A stretch of 64,000 bases of DNA from Conidiobolus incongruus B7586. Its lineage: Eukaryota. The translations under genes and the position numbers were made by a program. Below the pieces are notes generated by a model. The model did no database searches. It was not told the origin of the DNA and saw nothing but the letters and a program-made list of their open reading frames with translations. Location of the stretch: positions 1 through 64,000 of the forward strand of contig JNEM01013874.1 in NCBI GenBank assembly GCA_000697335.1. Direction: 5' to 3'. This document shows, one piece after another, positions 14,189-27,438 of the stretch; within the stretch, counting starts at the first letter, position 1, and the number at the start of each line of letters is the position of its first letter.

Positions 14189-15514
14189 ATTAATGACTAT
14201 TTTACTTTTCAAAAGAATATATATTAAAAAGATCTAAATCTGATATGAACCTTTGCATTTTAAATTAATGCTTAATTGTGTGGGATTTTTCAAATAAAAT
14301 TGGGAATTCGATTATAAATTTAAATAAATAATTATAATATTATTAATCAAACTATAATTTTTGCATTAAATTTTATTATCAACAACAATCATATAACTGA
14401 GATAATTTGGATAATATAACTTGAATTATGATGAATATAAAATATCAAATTATTATTCAAAATAAGTAAAATTATTTCAATCATCGATTTATTCATCTAT
14501 TTGACTTGTATCACAGGGCTGAACGTTAACAATCTCCCTCACATTTTCACCTATATTCATTAAGACATAGAATTGTTTTCATAGATGAGTATAAAATATA
14601 CTAATTTTAATATCAAAGAATGATATATATTAATATTGATTTATCCTACAAAATATATTGCTTTGATTGATTATTATTATGACATCATTCTTATATCATT
14701 CAAAATTTTTAACAAACGTGACATTATGAATATTGTTGAACAATTTTGCTCTTTATGGAGAAATAATTTGCGCAAATTAGATAATCAGTTTCATAAAAAA
14801 ATTCATGTATTAGATATTGTAGTAAATGGATTTCTTCAATTGTCCTAAAGTTTTAAATCAATGATTACACTTTATTATATTTATGGTTAAAATAAACTAT
14901 AAATATTAATGATACAATTTTAATTTATAATAAATATTGGAAAAGATCAGATACTATCAGATGTTACTTGAACCATTCAATATCTAATTCATTTTCTAGT
15001 TTGAAAAATTGTAGTTTATGATTGATGGATACATTCAATCAGTTTTAAAATAATTAAATCCAAAAAATAGTTTCAAATTATCAAATCCAATATAATATGA
15101 TCCAAATTGCTAGCCAAATATAATATAATAATAATATAATTATGAAAATGAGATTATCTCATTATAATTAAGTTCTAAATATTTTGAAAATTCTTGAGAA
15201 TTCAAATATAATTTTTACATTATTTATTTTTTTTAAAATCAATGTTCTATTCTTTAGTGTGAAATATCATATATATATATATATAATTATACCATTAATT
15301 GATTATGATAGATTATACCTTTACCACAGTTTATTTTTTTACAATTCTGATAGATATCAAAGTTACTTAGTAATTAACACATAAATATGATTAGTTAATA
15401 ACTTATATAATAAATATTGTATAATGGCATTATACATAAAACTTGATACTTCATATATAAATAATCCAACTCTCTTTCTAATATAAAAATCAAGATTTTA
15501 AGATATTCTTATAA

Positions 15515-16838
15515 TATTAGTATGGAAATTAAGAAATGGCAAATTTTTTAATTTCTGATCTTTCAAACATATTATACATTTTGAAAGATTATATATATAT
15601 ATAATATATAGGAAAATAAATATTTTCAAACTATATATATATATTCAATTTTAATTATTTTTTTTATTAAAATATTTTGATTTTAAAATTTACACTTAAA
15701 TTTAATCATGCTTAAACTAGATTATAATTATCAAAAGGCTTTTATTTTTGTATCTTTAAAACTTAACTATAAACCCTCTAAAATTATCTAAAACTTATAA
15801 ACAGCTTATAGAGATGGTGTTTTATCTAAAACTACCATATATTGCTAAATTTGTGATTTTAAAGCTAGAAGGGATATTATTCAAAATTTACCAAAATCTA
15901 AAAGACTAATTTCTACTATTATTTTTTTACTTACTAATAAAATAAAAAAATATATTAAAAAATACCTTTTTATTTCTATTAAAGAATTATCAAAGTAATT
16001 TAATATTAATTATATAAGTATGTTATATTTACTTAAGTTTAAACTTAGATTAATTAATAAAAATGTAAAATAGATACCTTATAATTTAACAGAAACCTAA
16101 AAGAAAATTAGAGTAGCTATAGCTAAACTAAACTTATTAAAGTATAACTAAAAACAAAGGTTTTTACAATGAATACTTATAATTAATAAATCTTAGATTC
16201 TTTTATATAATCCTTTACTTAAAAATAAAACAAAATGTTAGGTTAAGTTAAATTAATCCCCTCTACAAATTCTAATGAATAAATACTTTAAATATAAGTA
16301 AATGTTAATTGTTGTAATAAATTATAATGGTATATAGTTTTTTTATTTAATACCTCAAAGAAAATTAATTAATAGTAAGTTATATATTACTTTTTTAAAT
16401 AAAACAATTTCTAAATGGTGTTCTTAATATAAATTAAAAACACCTATTATTTTACATAATAATTGTAAAATACATAAAGCTAAAGCTATAAAAGATTTTT
16501 TATATAAAAAAAATTAGAGGGAGTTACCACATCTAGTATATTCACTTGATTATAATTTATATAATTATAATTGTTTTAGACAATTAAAAAAACAGCTTGC
16601 AGGAAAAAAAATTCTTGTAAACAAATTAAATTGGTTTGTGAAACATCAAATTTCAGTCTTTAATAAAAAGAACTGTTTTTTAAGTATTAGAAGCTTACTA
16701 AAAGTATAGAAAAAAGTTATTAATAATAAAAGAGGCTATTAATTTTATATTATTCATTAATTTTTATATATTATTTATTAATTTATTTGTTTAATTTTAA
16801 TTTTAAAATTATGCTATTACTTAATTTCTGCACTAATA
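15515..16838 (+). mobile_element. Full-length mariner (DD34D) DNA transposon, inactivated. Transposase pseudogene 15708-16742
   Basis: 27-nt imperfect terminal inverted repeats including the terminal TA (15515-15541 TATTAGTATGGAAATTAAGAAATGGCA; 16812-16838; 22/27 identical). Length 1.32 kb. 345-codon frame with HTH (TAYRDGVLSKTTIY) and motifs INKS*, ILHNNCKIH and LPHLVYSLDYNLYNY, which correspond to mariner xDExW, LHDNARPH and LPHPPYSPDLAPxDY. Confidence 0.92.
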
Positions 16839-16859
16839 ATATTAAGAGGTAGTTAAATT

Positions 16860-17608
16860 GATATACCTGTAATTAAATTATATAGAGTTGATTAAATTCT
16901 ATCTTCCTTTCCCAAATCTTACACAGAGTCTGGAGATTCCAGGGGGGTAAATCCCAACACCAATCTTATAAGACTAGTTTAATTAACTGTTAGATAGTAA
17001 AGAAGTATGTTCCTAGCAATAAGGGTTTGAGCCTTCTTTATATGATATTGAAGATATTCAAAAGTCTTATTAGATTTAGGTTATATATTCAAATATTTAT
17101 CATATATTTTGCTTATGAAATACTTGTCACAAATGATTAACTTGTACCAAAGATATTCTTTTGTTTTATTGAGTTAACTTGATTTAAATATATCATAAAA
17201 TTATTTTAATATTATTTTTATACTTTTACCCCTAATATATTTATTGACTTCTCTCTTTATACTTCAAATTTCAAATTCAATGAATAAGATAATAAAATAT
17301 TATTCAATAATTAATAATGTAACTTTCTTATATAACTTATTAATTAGGATTTTATAATTTTGCACTTATTAAATTGCATATTTATTTTAAATATAATAAA
17401 ACCAATAAATTTTCTCAATATCATTTCTTTAAAATCAAATAAACCAAAAATCATTGTTAAATTTATATATTATAATTAGAAGTAAAATTTTATTTTTTGT
17501 TATTTTATACCTTAGACCTAAATTATCTTTGTTAATTTATAATAATAGTAAATAAAAAAATTCACCAAGACTTATTATTTAAAGGTGGAAATTATAAAAA
17601 AATTAATC
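16860..17608 (-). mobile_element. Heavily decayed Ty3/gypsy pol fragment (RT to RNase H)
   Basis: Minus-strand remnants occur in the expected order: MIFGL (17454-17440, like MPFGL), NNILL (about 17300, like DDILI), INILGVKV (about 17230, like YLG) and TFEYLQYHIKKAQTLI...LTVN...IGVGI (about 17090-16950, like AFE.LK..I..AP.L...DAS..GIG). Frameshifts and stops are present. Confidence 0.5.
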
Positions 17609-18788
17609 TATTAATATATAATTTAAATAATGGGAATTTGTTGCAATTGAGAAAAAATATATTTTAATTTTTAATATAAAAAAATAAATACATAATATAA
17701 AATTAATCCTCTTTTTTATTATTAATAATATTTTATTATTTTTTAATAAACTTATAATATTTAAAAAAACAATTTTTTACCAAAGACTTAAATTTAATAT
17801 TTTATAAATTAATTGAATTTTGTTATAAAAATTTTTTTCTTATAACCTAATTTTTTAATTATTTAAAACAATTATAATTGCTTAAGTTATAATCTAAACA
17901 ATATATTAAATATGGCAGTTTTTTTGATTATTTTTGATTATAAATTTTTTTATAATTTTAATTTTATATATTTTATAATTATTATATAAAATAATAAGTT
18001 TTCTTAATTTATATTATTAATCCTTATTAAGAATAATTTTAATAAAAAATAATATAAAATTTAATAAGAATAATATATATTACTATATTAATTAATATTT
18101 ATTTAAATAAATTTAAAAAAATTATTCTAACTTAATCTATCAATTTGATTTATATTTTAATAAAAGATTATATAAAAAGATTTAATATATATTTATTATA
18201 AAGGCTTTAATTTTTTGTTATATTTTAATAAATTTTGTTTGATAATAATTACTCTAGTTTTTTTTATATTTTAGTTATATCATAAAAATTTTATTTTATA
18301 TTTTGATTATATTAATTTAAGTTTAAACTTATATATATATAATTTTTATATAACTAATATTATAATTATTTAATAACTCTTTAAATAAAATAAAAATATA
18401 TTCTAATATATTTTTTAACTTAATTAAATATTAAAAATATAATAGTTATAATTAGTTTTTTGAATTTAATAATTTTTAGATTATTTTTTTAGTGATAAAT
18501 GATTAATATAGTTAATATCTTTTTATTAAAAGTTACTTATAGAAATTAATTAATTTTAAAGGGTTTATGGTTAAATTTTATAAATACAAAAATAAAAAGC
18601 TTTCCTGATATTATTTTATTAAAATATATAATCAAATTAAATAATAAATTTTGAAAAATTAATATTTTCATCAAAAAAGCTATTATATATATAATTTATA
18701 ACTATATATTTTTATTATAAAAAACTAATAATTTTTTTGAAAACTTAAAAATTAAAAAATTTCCCATTTCCTCAAATTTAAAATAATA
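17609..18788 (-). mobile_element. Second mariner relic related to the 15515-16838 element, in inverted orientation and more decayed
   Basis: The minus strand gives LPYLIYCLDYNLSNYNCFK*LKN*V (about 17920-17845), colinear with copy 1. The 5' region near 18540-18610 matches the copy-1 N-terminal coding DNA. TIR-like ends lie at 17609-17635 and 18762-18788. Confidence 0.8.
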
Positions 18789-20372
18789 GTAATAACTTAG
18801 TTGCTTAAGTTAGCTTATTACCAATATATAAAAAGAAATGCTTTTTTCAATAATTATATTAAATTAGCAATTGATTTGATTTAGCATTTTATTGAAATAA
18901 AAAGTACATATTTTTGTATTATATATAATAGTATTTTATGTTTTTAACAAGTTGATTATTGATATATCTTAAATATTTTTGAATAGTATTTCAGACCTAA
19001 TAATCTTTAAATTTTAAAATAATGTATATTTAAATATTTAGCAATTATTTTTTTAAGCTTAAGGCATAATATTGATTTTAATTAATCTAATATTAGTTAT
19101 AAGTTAATTCTATTTACTTAAACCAGTTCATCAATTGTTCTTCATTCATAAGTTGAAAATAATTTGAATTACTTGGTTTTTAATTTGGTATTTTTCTTTG
19201 GTTTATTTTAATTGATTTTAATTTTTAAAAAGAGAAATACAATATTTTGCAAAATAAATCAATAACCAATATCAATAAGGTTTTTATATTTTTTTTTGAA
19301 TTATACTTTCCAACGTTTTAATTAAGAACAAAAATTCTATACTACTTTTTTTAAAAATATAAAAAGGTTATATTTATAATAATAGAGCTAATATTTAGGT
19401 ATAATAACTTCAGAGATAGTTCCATTATATGCTTGTACTAGTAAGGTTTAAATGTTATAATACTTGCAATCAAGCTCTTGTTTAATATTATAGAGAATTT
19501 TATGTTTTCAGAATTCTTTAAGGTATTGAATTTATTATTTAGTGTTGTTTTGGTATTTTAAAAACTCCTGTGAAATATATTCAAATTGGATATTGCTTTA
19601 TTTATTAAAAAGTTGTTTAATACCAAAGCCTATGTAAAACCTGAATCCTTTTAGAATTCATAGTTTGAACCTTTCTAGCTTTATCCTAGTATTTCAAACT
19701 TCTTGATAATATTCTAACTCATACTTGTATTTTAGAGACCAAAACATAGAATTATTTATATTTAACTAAAAATAACAATAATATGTTTCATTTTATATTA
19801 TTTGAAACTAAATACTATTATAAAATTATATTCAAATATCTGTGCTATAAGTAATAGCTTATCTAAACCTTAACTAAATATTCACAGATATGCTCAGAAC
19901 TCGTAGAAATTCTGGGAACGGTAAAAATTCAAATAAATTATTAGATGGTCAAGGATAATGTGATTGGCTTATAATATATTTTCTAGAATTCTTAAATAAT
20001 AATATTATTCAAAGCTTCATATTTATCAAAGAAAAGTATACTATCTAAAACATATAGCTCCTATTTATCTACTATTTTAATGAAATAAATTCACATTAAT
20101 ATTTCCATTAATTATGCTCAATGGCGAAGGGAAAAAAATGGAATAATTATAATGAATGCAAATGTTATTATTGACCAATTAACAAAAATGACGTTGATAA
20201 GATTGCGATTAAAATTGAAAATTAATATTGAAATATAAATGAATTTATTCTTTATTGTTGAATCAATCTAAATTATATATTAACAACATCAATTTATATT
20301 ATATTATATTATATTATACTACAATATTTAATCATTGAGCTCAATATATTAAATTGATAATTCCAGTACAAT

Positions 20373-22145
20373 ATGTACAAGGTAATGTATATTATTTTGA
20401 TAAAGTTAGTAAACTAATAATCATATTCATTAGTATATATAAATGTTTTTAATACTAAAAATGATATAGAATAATAAATTGACTAATTTTGATTTTTATA
20501 GAGAATAATATTCTTATTAATATTTATTGGATTTTATACTTTGTATAAATATTCACAATTTAGTCAAACATATTTTAATGAAAATTTTCACAAGGTCAAT
20601 TACAAAGACATAGATCCCATTTGCAATCAAAGGAATTTGTCCTGTTTTAAACTCGGTAAAACCATCAAGGAAAATAGAGAAATATCCAAGGATCCGGATG
20701 AGTTATGGAGAGCTCGACAAGATATGGTAGTCAAAGCTTTTCAACATGCTTGGAGTGCTTATGAGAGAGATGCTTGGGGTATGGATGAGTATTTCCCAAT
20801 TAGTAAAAGGGGACATAACTTTGTCCCTAAAGGATTTGGATTTACTATTATCGATAGCATGGATACGATGGTCTTAATGGGACTGGAAGATGAATACAAC
20901 AAAGCAAGAGATTGGGTTGTAAATGAACTTACATTCGAACAAGATGAATATCTTAATGTATTTGAAACAACTATCCGTGTATTAGGTGGGCTTCTCAGTT
21001 CACATTTCCTGACAGGCTCTGAAGATCAGATTTTGATAGACCGAGCAACTGATCTTGCTGATAGATTAATGGGTAGCTTTGGTACAGCATCCGGAATCCC
21101 TGGAGCTTCAGTGAATCTCATGACACGCCAACCCTATCCTCCCGAAAACAGAGAACTCACTTCCACATCCGAAGCCACCACCATTCAGCTTGAATTCAAA
21201 TATCTATCCCACCTCACACATCAATCCAAATATTTCGATGCTGTCGAGCGCGTCAATGACATTGTCGAAAAATTGCCCAAAATTGAAGGCCTAGTCCCCA
21301 TCTTCCTTGATCCGGCTACGGGAGGCTTCTCTGGCTCTGACATCCGCCTTGGTTCCAGAGGAGACAGTTATTATGAATACCTTCTCAAGCAATATCTTGT
21401 AACTGATGGTCAAGAGCCTAAATTCCTAAGAATGTATGATCAATCTATTGAAGGTATGAAGAAGGTTCTGCTGCGTCGTACTCACCCCACTGGATATCTA
21501 TTCTTTGGAGAGATTGTCACATACAATCCAAAATCAATTTCTCCTCAAATGGACCATCTTGTTTGTTTCCTAGGAGGCACTTTAGCTTTGGGTGCAACAG
21601 GTGGTAAATTCCATCCATCATTGTTGCATAAATACTCTAACTCCTATGAACACAAATATAACTCATTAAGCAAAATTGATCGAGATGCACTTTTACTAGG
21701 AGAGCAACTTACTGAAACATGTTGGGCAACATACACTATGCATCCAACTAAACTTGCCTCAGAAATTACAGTGTTTAACATGGATCCCAATAATACATAT
21801 GATGCATATGTGAAACCAGCAGATGTTCACAATTTACTAAGACCAGAAACAATTGAATCCCTCTTTATACTATATAGAATTACGAAAAATCCCATCTATA
21901 GGGAGCGAGGATGGGAAATGTTTTTAGCGTTTGAGACATATTGTAAGGTAGAGACTGGGGGATACACTAGTCTCAAGGACTCATCCGTCATCCCACCTAT
22001 TTTAGACGATAAGATGGAAACATTCTTCTTGGCGGAAACGTTGAAATATTTCTACTTATTGTTTAGTTCAGATGACTTTTTCGATATTGAAAAACTTGTA
22101 TTAAATACCGAAGCACACCCCATACCTAAATTTAATTTAAAATAA
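20373..22145 (+). CDS. MNS1: Class I alpha-1,2-mannosidase (GH47), type II membrane protein. Micro-exon 20373-20381, main exon from 20502
   Basis: GH47 motifs AFQHAWSAYERDAWGMDE, VFETTIRVLGGLLS, GSRGDSYYEYLLKQ, LRPETIES, METFFLAETLKY and NTEAHP. The upstream in-frame RIIFLLIFIGFYTL is a signal anchor. The 5' splicing is inferred. Confidence 0.93.
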
Positions 22146-22472
22146 TCAAATATTAAATGAATGTTACTATGCCTATTTAACTATTATGATAAATATGTAA
22201 TAACAACATTTAAAATATTTGTTTATTTGTTTTAATTAATAAATTTCAAAGGTATTTTGGATTGAAAATTCATCAAAAGTTTCACTTATGTCAACCAAAA
22301 ATCAAGTCCCATTAAATTCAAATTCATCCAATTAATATAAGACTATTGACCTAAGATTGAATCTTATTTACTCAATTAATCAATGGTATTGCTATAATGA
22401 TAATACAATAGCTATAGTTAGATAAATAAAGAATCAAACAGTAATATTCAAACTGGATAAATATAGGATACA

Positions 22473-23543
22473 ATGGACAAGGTATAAATTTTCCTAAATT
22501 TTAGTTGAATTCCTTATAATTTTAAGATTAAGGACAATTTTTTAGGTACGCCCAACTTTCTAACTAATAATAAATCTCCACCTGCAGCACCTGGTAAGCC
22601 TTTTGAATCTTCTCACAATATTTCTAAAAATGCAAATTCGTTTTCAAAAACTCAATCACCATTAAGTAATAAAATTGGTCAAATTACTACCCAAAAGGTT
22701 GAAGATTTATATTTAAAAGAATCTGATGATCCTATGATGTGCAGTGAATATGCGGAGGAGTATTTTGATTATTTATATGACATAGAATCGGAGTATATGT
22801 GTCCTGCAAATTATATGGATAGTGTAGAAAGCTTGACTTGGGAAATGCGAAGTACACTTGTGGACTGGCTTGTTGAAGTGCATTCCAAATTTGATATGGT
22901 TCCCGAGATTCTCTTCCAAAGTGTCAATCTTTTAGATCGCTTTCTCTCCAAAATGACGGTTATTCCTACTAAATTACAATTAATTGGAGCTACTAGCCTT
23001 CTCATATGTGCTAAATTTGAACAAAAGTTTATTCCAAAGATATCGGAATTGGTTTATTTATCGGCAAATGCCTTTACATCAGATGAAGTGGCTACTAGTG
23101 AGAAGTACATATTAACGGTCGTCGAATTTGATCTCAACTATCCTAATCCTCTGAACTTTGTAAGAAGGTACTCGATGGCTGACTCTTATAATAAGGAACA
23201 TCGTCTAGCTGCCAAGTTTCTACTGGAGTTAAGTCTTCTAAACCATGAATTTTTGAAGTTTAGATGCTCACTCATAGCAGCGAGTGCTATGTATCTAGCC
23301 AGATTAATCTTACATAATTTAAGGTGGAATGAAACGTTGGAATTCTATTCCAAGTACAAGGAGCAAGATATGATGCCTTGTATTCAATTATTTATCACCA
23401 CTTTGGGATCACCTACTCAGTTTGAGGCGATTGATAAAAAATACTCTCATATTAATAATTTGAAAGTGAGTGAATTTTGTAGAGGTTGGATTGCTGATCG
23501 ACATCAGAAAGTCACTAAATTAAAACAACATAAGTTAATTTAA
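22473..23543 (+). CDS. B-type (G2/M) cyclin. 5' end uncertain: ATG 22473 with intron 22482-22526, or further upstream exons
   Basis: Cyclin box MRSTLVDWLVEVHSKF...LLDRFLS...KLQLIGATSLLICAKFEQ, plus DPMMCSEYAEE and YPNPLNFVRRYSMAD typical of fungal cyclin B. The frame is open back to the acceptor at 22526. Confidence 0.88.
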
Positions 23544-23762
23544 GATTATCATATGTAATACATCATAATTTATCAATTATCTTTTTTTTCAATTCCATAA
23601 ATTTAATCACTCATTTTAATATAACTTTCTGATGATAATATAATCAGATAAATAGATAGGTAAATAATATTTTGTGAGTGTTTGAAGAAACTTGGACAAT
23701 AATGTTTTAAGGTGATGATAAATATATTAAGTAAATCATTAAGTAATATATTAATACCAATG

Positions 23763-23786
23763 ATATATATATATATATATATATAT
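23763..23786. repeat. (AT)n microsatellite
   Basis: About 12 AT units read directly. Confidence 0.85.
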
Positions 23787-24479
23787 CAATAGTAGCATTT
23801 TTGATAACACAAACATGTTTTAATATAGAGTGTATGATTTGTTCATATAAGTGATTGTCTAGATATTTTAATAAAAAGAAATATGATCAATAAATATTGA
23901 TGATATTGAATAAATATTCATTTGTAGAGCGTATGACGATTAATTATTATAATATATTGTTCTCAAAATCTGATATAATTTTACAATAATCAAAATGAAT
24001 AATTATTAATATTATTTAAATACTTAGATTTATATTGAGTTTTTTTACTTTATATTAGATAATATCATAATTATAAAGCATCAAATAGTTGAATAAAAAT
24101 TTATAATTAATTATTACTGTAAAGCTTTTAGATTAAATTTGAGCAAATTCATTGTTGAGAAATTAATATATTGATTAATTGAATGTCGTAATTAGTTTTA
24201 AAGTGCAAACCAGATAAGTTTTAGATTTGCTATAAAAGTTGGTGGATTTAATGTAATAATTCTTATTTAATAATGATAGTATATATACTAACGTATAGTA
24301 AATAAAAAATTCACTGCCAAATATAATCGTTTAAAATCTTATTTCTAATATTGATGGTGAAATAAACCAAATTGATTGGTGTAAATTTAATTAATTGTAA
24401 TGTGAATTTTATAAATGTGATTAAGTATCAAGAATCATGTCTTGATTTTATCATCATTACTTTATAATCAATTGATATA

Positions 24480-25654
24480 ATGACTCAAAGAACTCTTAAA
24501 GCTATTAAATATCAAGACCACAAGTTAGAAATTTTGGATCAATTACAGTTACCTCATCAAACAGTTTATTTAAATATTGAAACCATTGAACAAGGTCATG
24601 AAGTGATCAAATCCATGAAAGTGATCTTATGTTTATCATATTATGTTATATTAAATAATAACTCTATTTCTAATAATAGGTTAGAGGAGCTCCTGCCATT
24701 GCTATTGTTGCTGCCTTGTCTTTAGCTGTTCAACTTCACAATATTCAGTCTCAATTTACTACCAATGAAGAAGCTTTAAAATACATTCATGATTCTTTAG
24801 AATACTTGAAAACCTCTCGTCCAACTGCTGTTAACTTATTTGATGCTTGCCAAAAGCTCTCATGCATCGTAACTGCACAATCTCAAATGACCCAAGATCC
24901 ACTGCAAATTATCCAGTCCTACATCCTTGCTGCAGAAAAGATGCTCGAGCAGGACGTTCAAGATAATTTGAATATTGGTAAATATGGTGCTAAATGGCTA
25001 ACCAAATTAAAGGGTGATAAAGGGCTTAGGGTTTTAACTCATTGTAATACTGGCTCCCTTGCCACTGCAGGACATGGTACCGCTCTTGGAATCATCCGCT
25101 CTTTATATAGTGCCGGTGCATTGGAACATGCTTACTGCACTGAAACTCGTCCCTACAACCAAGGAAGTCGCTTGACCGCTTATGAGCTAGTTTATGAAGA
25201 TATCCCAGCCACCTTAATTTGTGACAATATGGCAGGTGCCTTAATGAGTCAAACTGGCTTAAGTGCTGTCATTGTGGGAGCAGATCGCGTTACTGCAAAC
25301 GGTGATACTGCCAACAAGATCGGTACCTATCAGCTGGCTGTTCTTGCTAGATACCACAATGTACCATTTCTCGTCGCTGCACCCACAACCTCTATTGACC
25401 TCAGCCTTCCTACAGGAGCTAGTATTCCTATTGAGCAACGCCCTTCCAAGGAATTGACCTCAGTGTCTGGTTTGTCAGCAGAAGGAGTATCTGTCACTGT
25501 CCAAGTTGCAGATCCTAACATTCAAGTCTGGAACCCTGGTTTTGATGTCACTCCTGCCAGCCTTATTGATGGGATTGTGACGGAAAAGGGTGTCATTACC
25601 AAGTCTGATGACAGTGACCGATTTGATATCGATCAATTTTTGAAATCCTTATAA
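24480..25654 (+). CDS. MRI1: Methylthioribose-1-phosphate isomerase. Exons 24480-24620, 24680-25654
   Basis: LDQLQLPH, spliced [52 protein letters not shown] and NPGFDVTP. Confidence 0.96.
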
Positions 25655-26331
25655 TGAAATATTTATTATTATCACGTATTTCGTATATTATATTTATAAA
25701 CCAATGTTATATTAAGTTATAATTATCTAATTATAATATATTTATTTGAACTACATTTTAATATTAAGATTAGAAAATTACAATTTATTCTTGATTAATA
25801 ATTTCATTGCAAAAATCAAATATAACATATTTAATCATGATCTTTTGAGAAACAGATCAAATTTCTCTATTATGTTTATTATACTGTATGAATTGTGCAA
25901 AATTTTTAAGTATATTATATATGAAAGAAATATTTTATGAATAAGAATTTGTTTATTACCCCATTTTGTCTTATAAAATATTTATTTAATTCAAATTTAA
26001 ATTTTGAAATTTGTTAATTATTGCATTTTAATGAAATTAAAGTGATGATTATTTAACTAAAATACAATTTTATATTATTTTTCAATGATTTTGAATTAAT
26101 ACTGTCTTCAAGTCAATATCAATCATAATTTACATCTTTTATATAGCTATAAAATTTGATATTCGTGTTTTGGAATTGATATGATTATAGATATCATAAT
26201 TCCAATCCCATAAAATTAATAAAAGAATTGAAGAATTATCGTAATTGCAACTTAATTATTAATTTTTTACAATTGAAATTGAAACTTTTCAAAACAATTT
26301 AATTGTTTAATACAATTTCTTATTGCTAAAG

Positions 26332-27438
26332 ATGTCTTCTTATCTCATCAAGTCAGCCCTTAGAGGTACTAAAGTCAATAAAATCACAAATCCATACAAT
26401 ATTTATCCGTCAATAGCTTCTAGATCTTCCAATTATTTCAAGCTTTCTACTGTTAACGGGTAATTATTATAAGAATTTTTTGTTTATAAAGTCTAATTTA
26501 ATAATTTAGAGCTCGTTTCCTTTCCTCCGAAAAGCAAAGTATAATTATTATAGATTCACTTAAATAATTTATACTGAATTATTAATTTTAGCTACTCCTA
26601 AATCAACCGAGGCTCCCACTGATGAGCATCACGCTAAAGCTTTAAGCTTCATAGATTCTTTACCATCTAATGACATTGTCTCTAAGACCGGTCTCCTCAC
26701 CATTGGTGCTACCGCCGCTACTTGGTTGGTCTCCAAAGAAATCTACGTCATTAACGAAGAATCTCTTGTTTTAGCTTCTTTCGCTTTTGTTGTCACTTAT
26801 CTTTACAAGAGCATCCGTGAGCCCTACAGCCAATGGGCCGAATCTCGTTTAAACGTATATTTATTTGATTTATTGATTTCACTAATATTAATTTCTATGC
26901 TTAATAGGATATTACTAAAATTTTGACTGATGCTCGTGCTGAACACAAGACTCAAGTTCAAAACCGCATTGAAGAAGCTTCTCAATTATCTGATATTGTC
27001 CCTATTACCAAGGATTTATTCGCTATGTCCAAGGTATAATTTTTATTAATATTAAATCGATTTCAAAAATATTAATTACATTCTAATCACAGGAAATTGC
27101 TGAAACTCAAGCTAAAGCTTTTGAACTCAAGCAGCGTGTTGCCGTTGCCTCTGAAATCAAGTCTGTATTAGACTCCTGGGTTCGTTACGAAAACTCCCTT
27201 CGTGAACGTGAACAACGTGAACTTGCTAGCAAGGTTATTGCTAACATTGAAGCTTCTCTCAAGGATCCCAAATTAGTAAGTTTTAATTAAATTTATCATT
27301 TGAATATCGTTCTAACAATTGATTCTAGCAAAATCAAATCCTCAAGGAAGCTATCCAAGAAGTTCAACGTAAGTTATCCATTTAATCAATGTAAAACATT
27401 TACTTATTTCATTATATATAGGTCTCACCAAGAACTAA
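26332..27438 (+). CDS. ATP4: Mitochondrial ATP synthase subunit b (subunit 4), about 7 exons
   Basis: The spliced product contains KALSFIDSLP...SKTG...VSKEIYVINEES and EIKSVLDSWVRYENSLREREQRELA. Six short GT-AG introns; last exon 27422-27438. Confidence 0.92.

Noticed and set aside
14560..14860. IVFIDE word resembling the first catalytic motif of Tc1/IS630 transposases
   Set aside because: A single short motif with no TIRs or convincing downstream motifs, so too weak to call.
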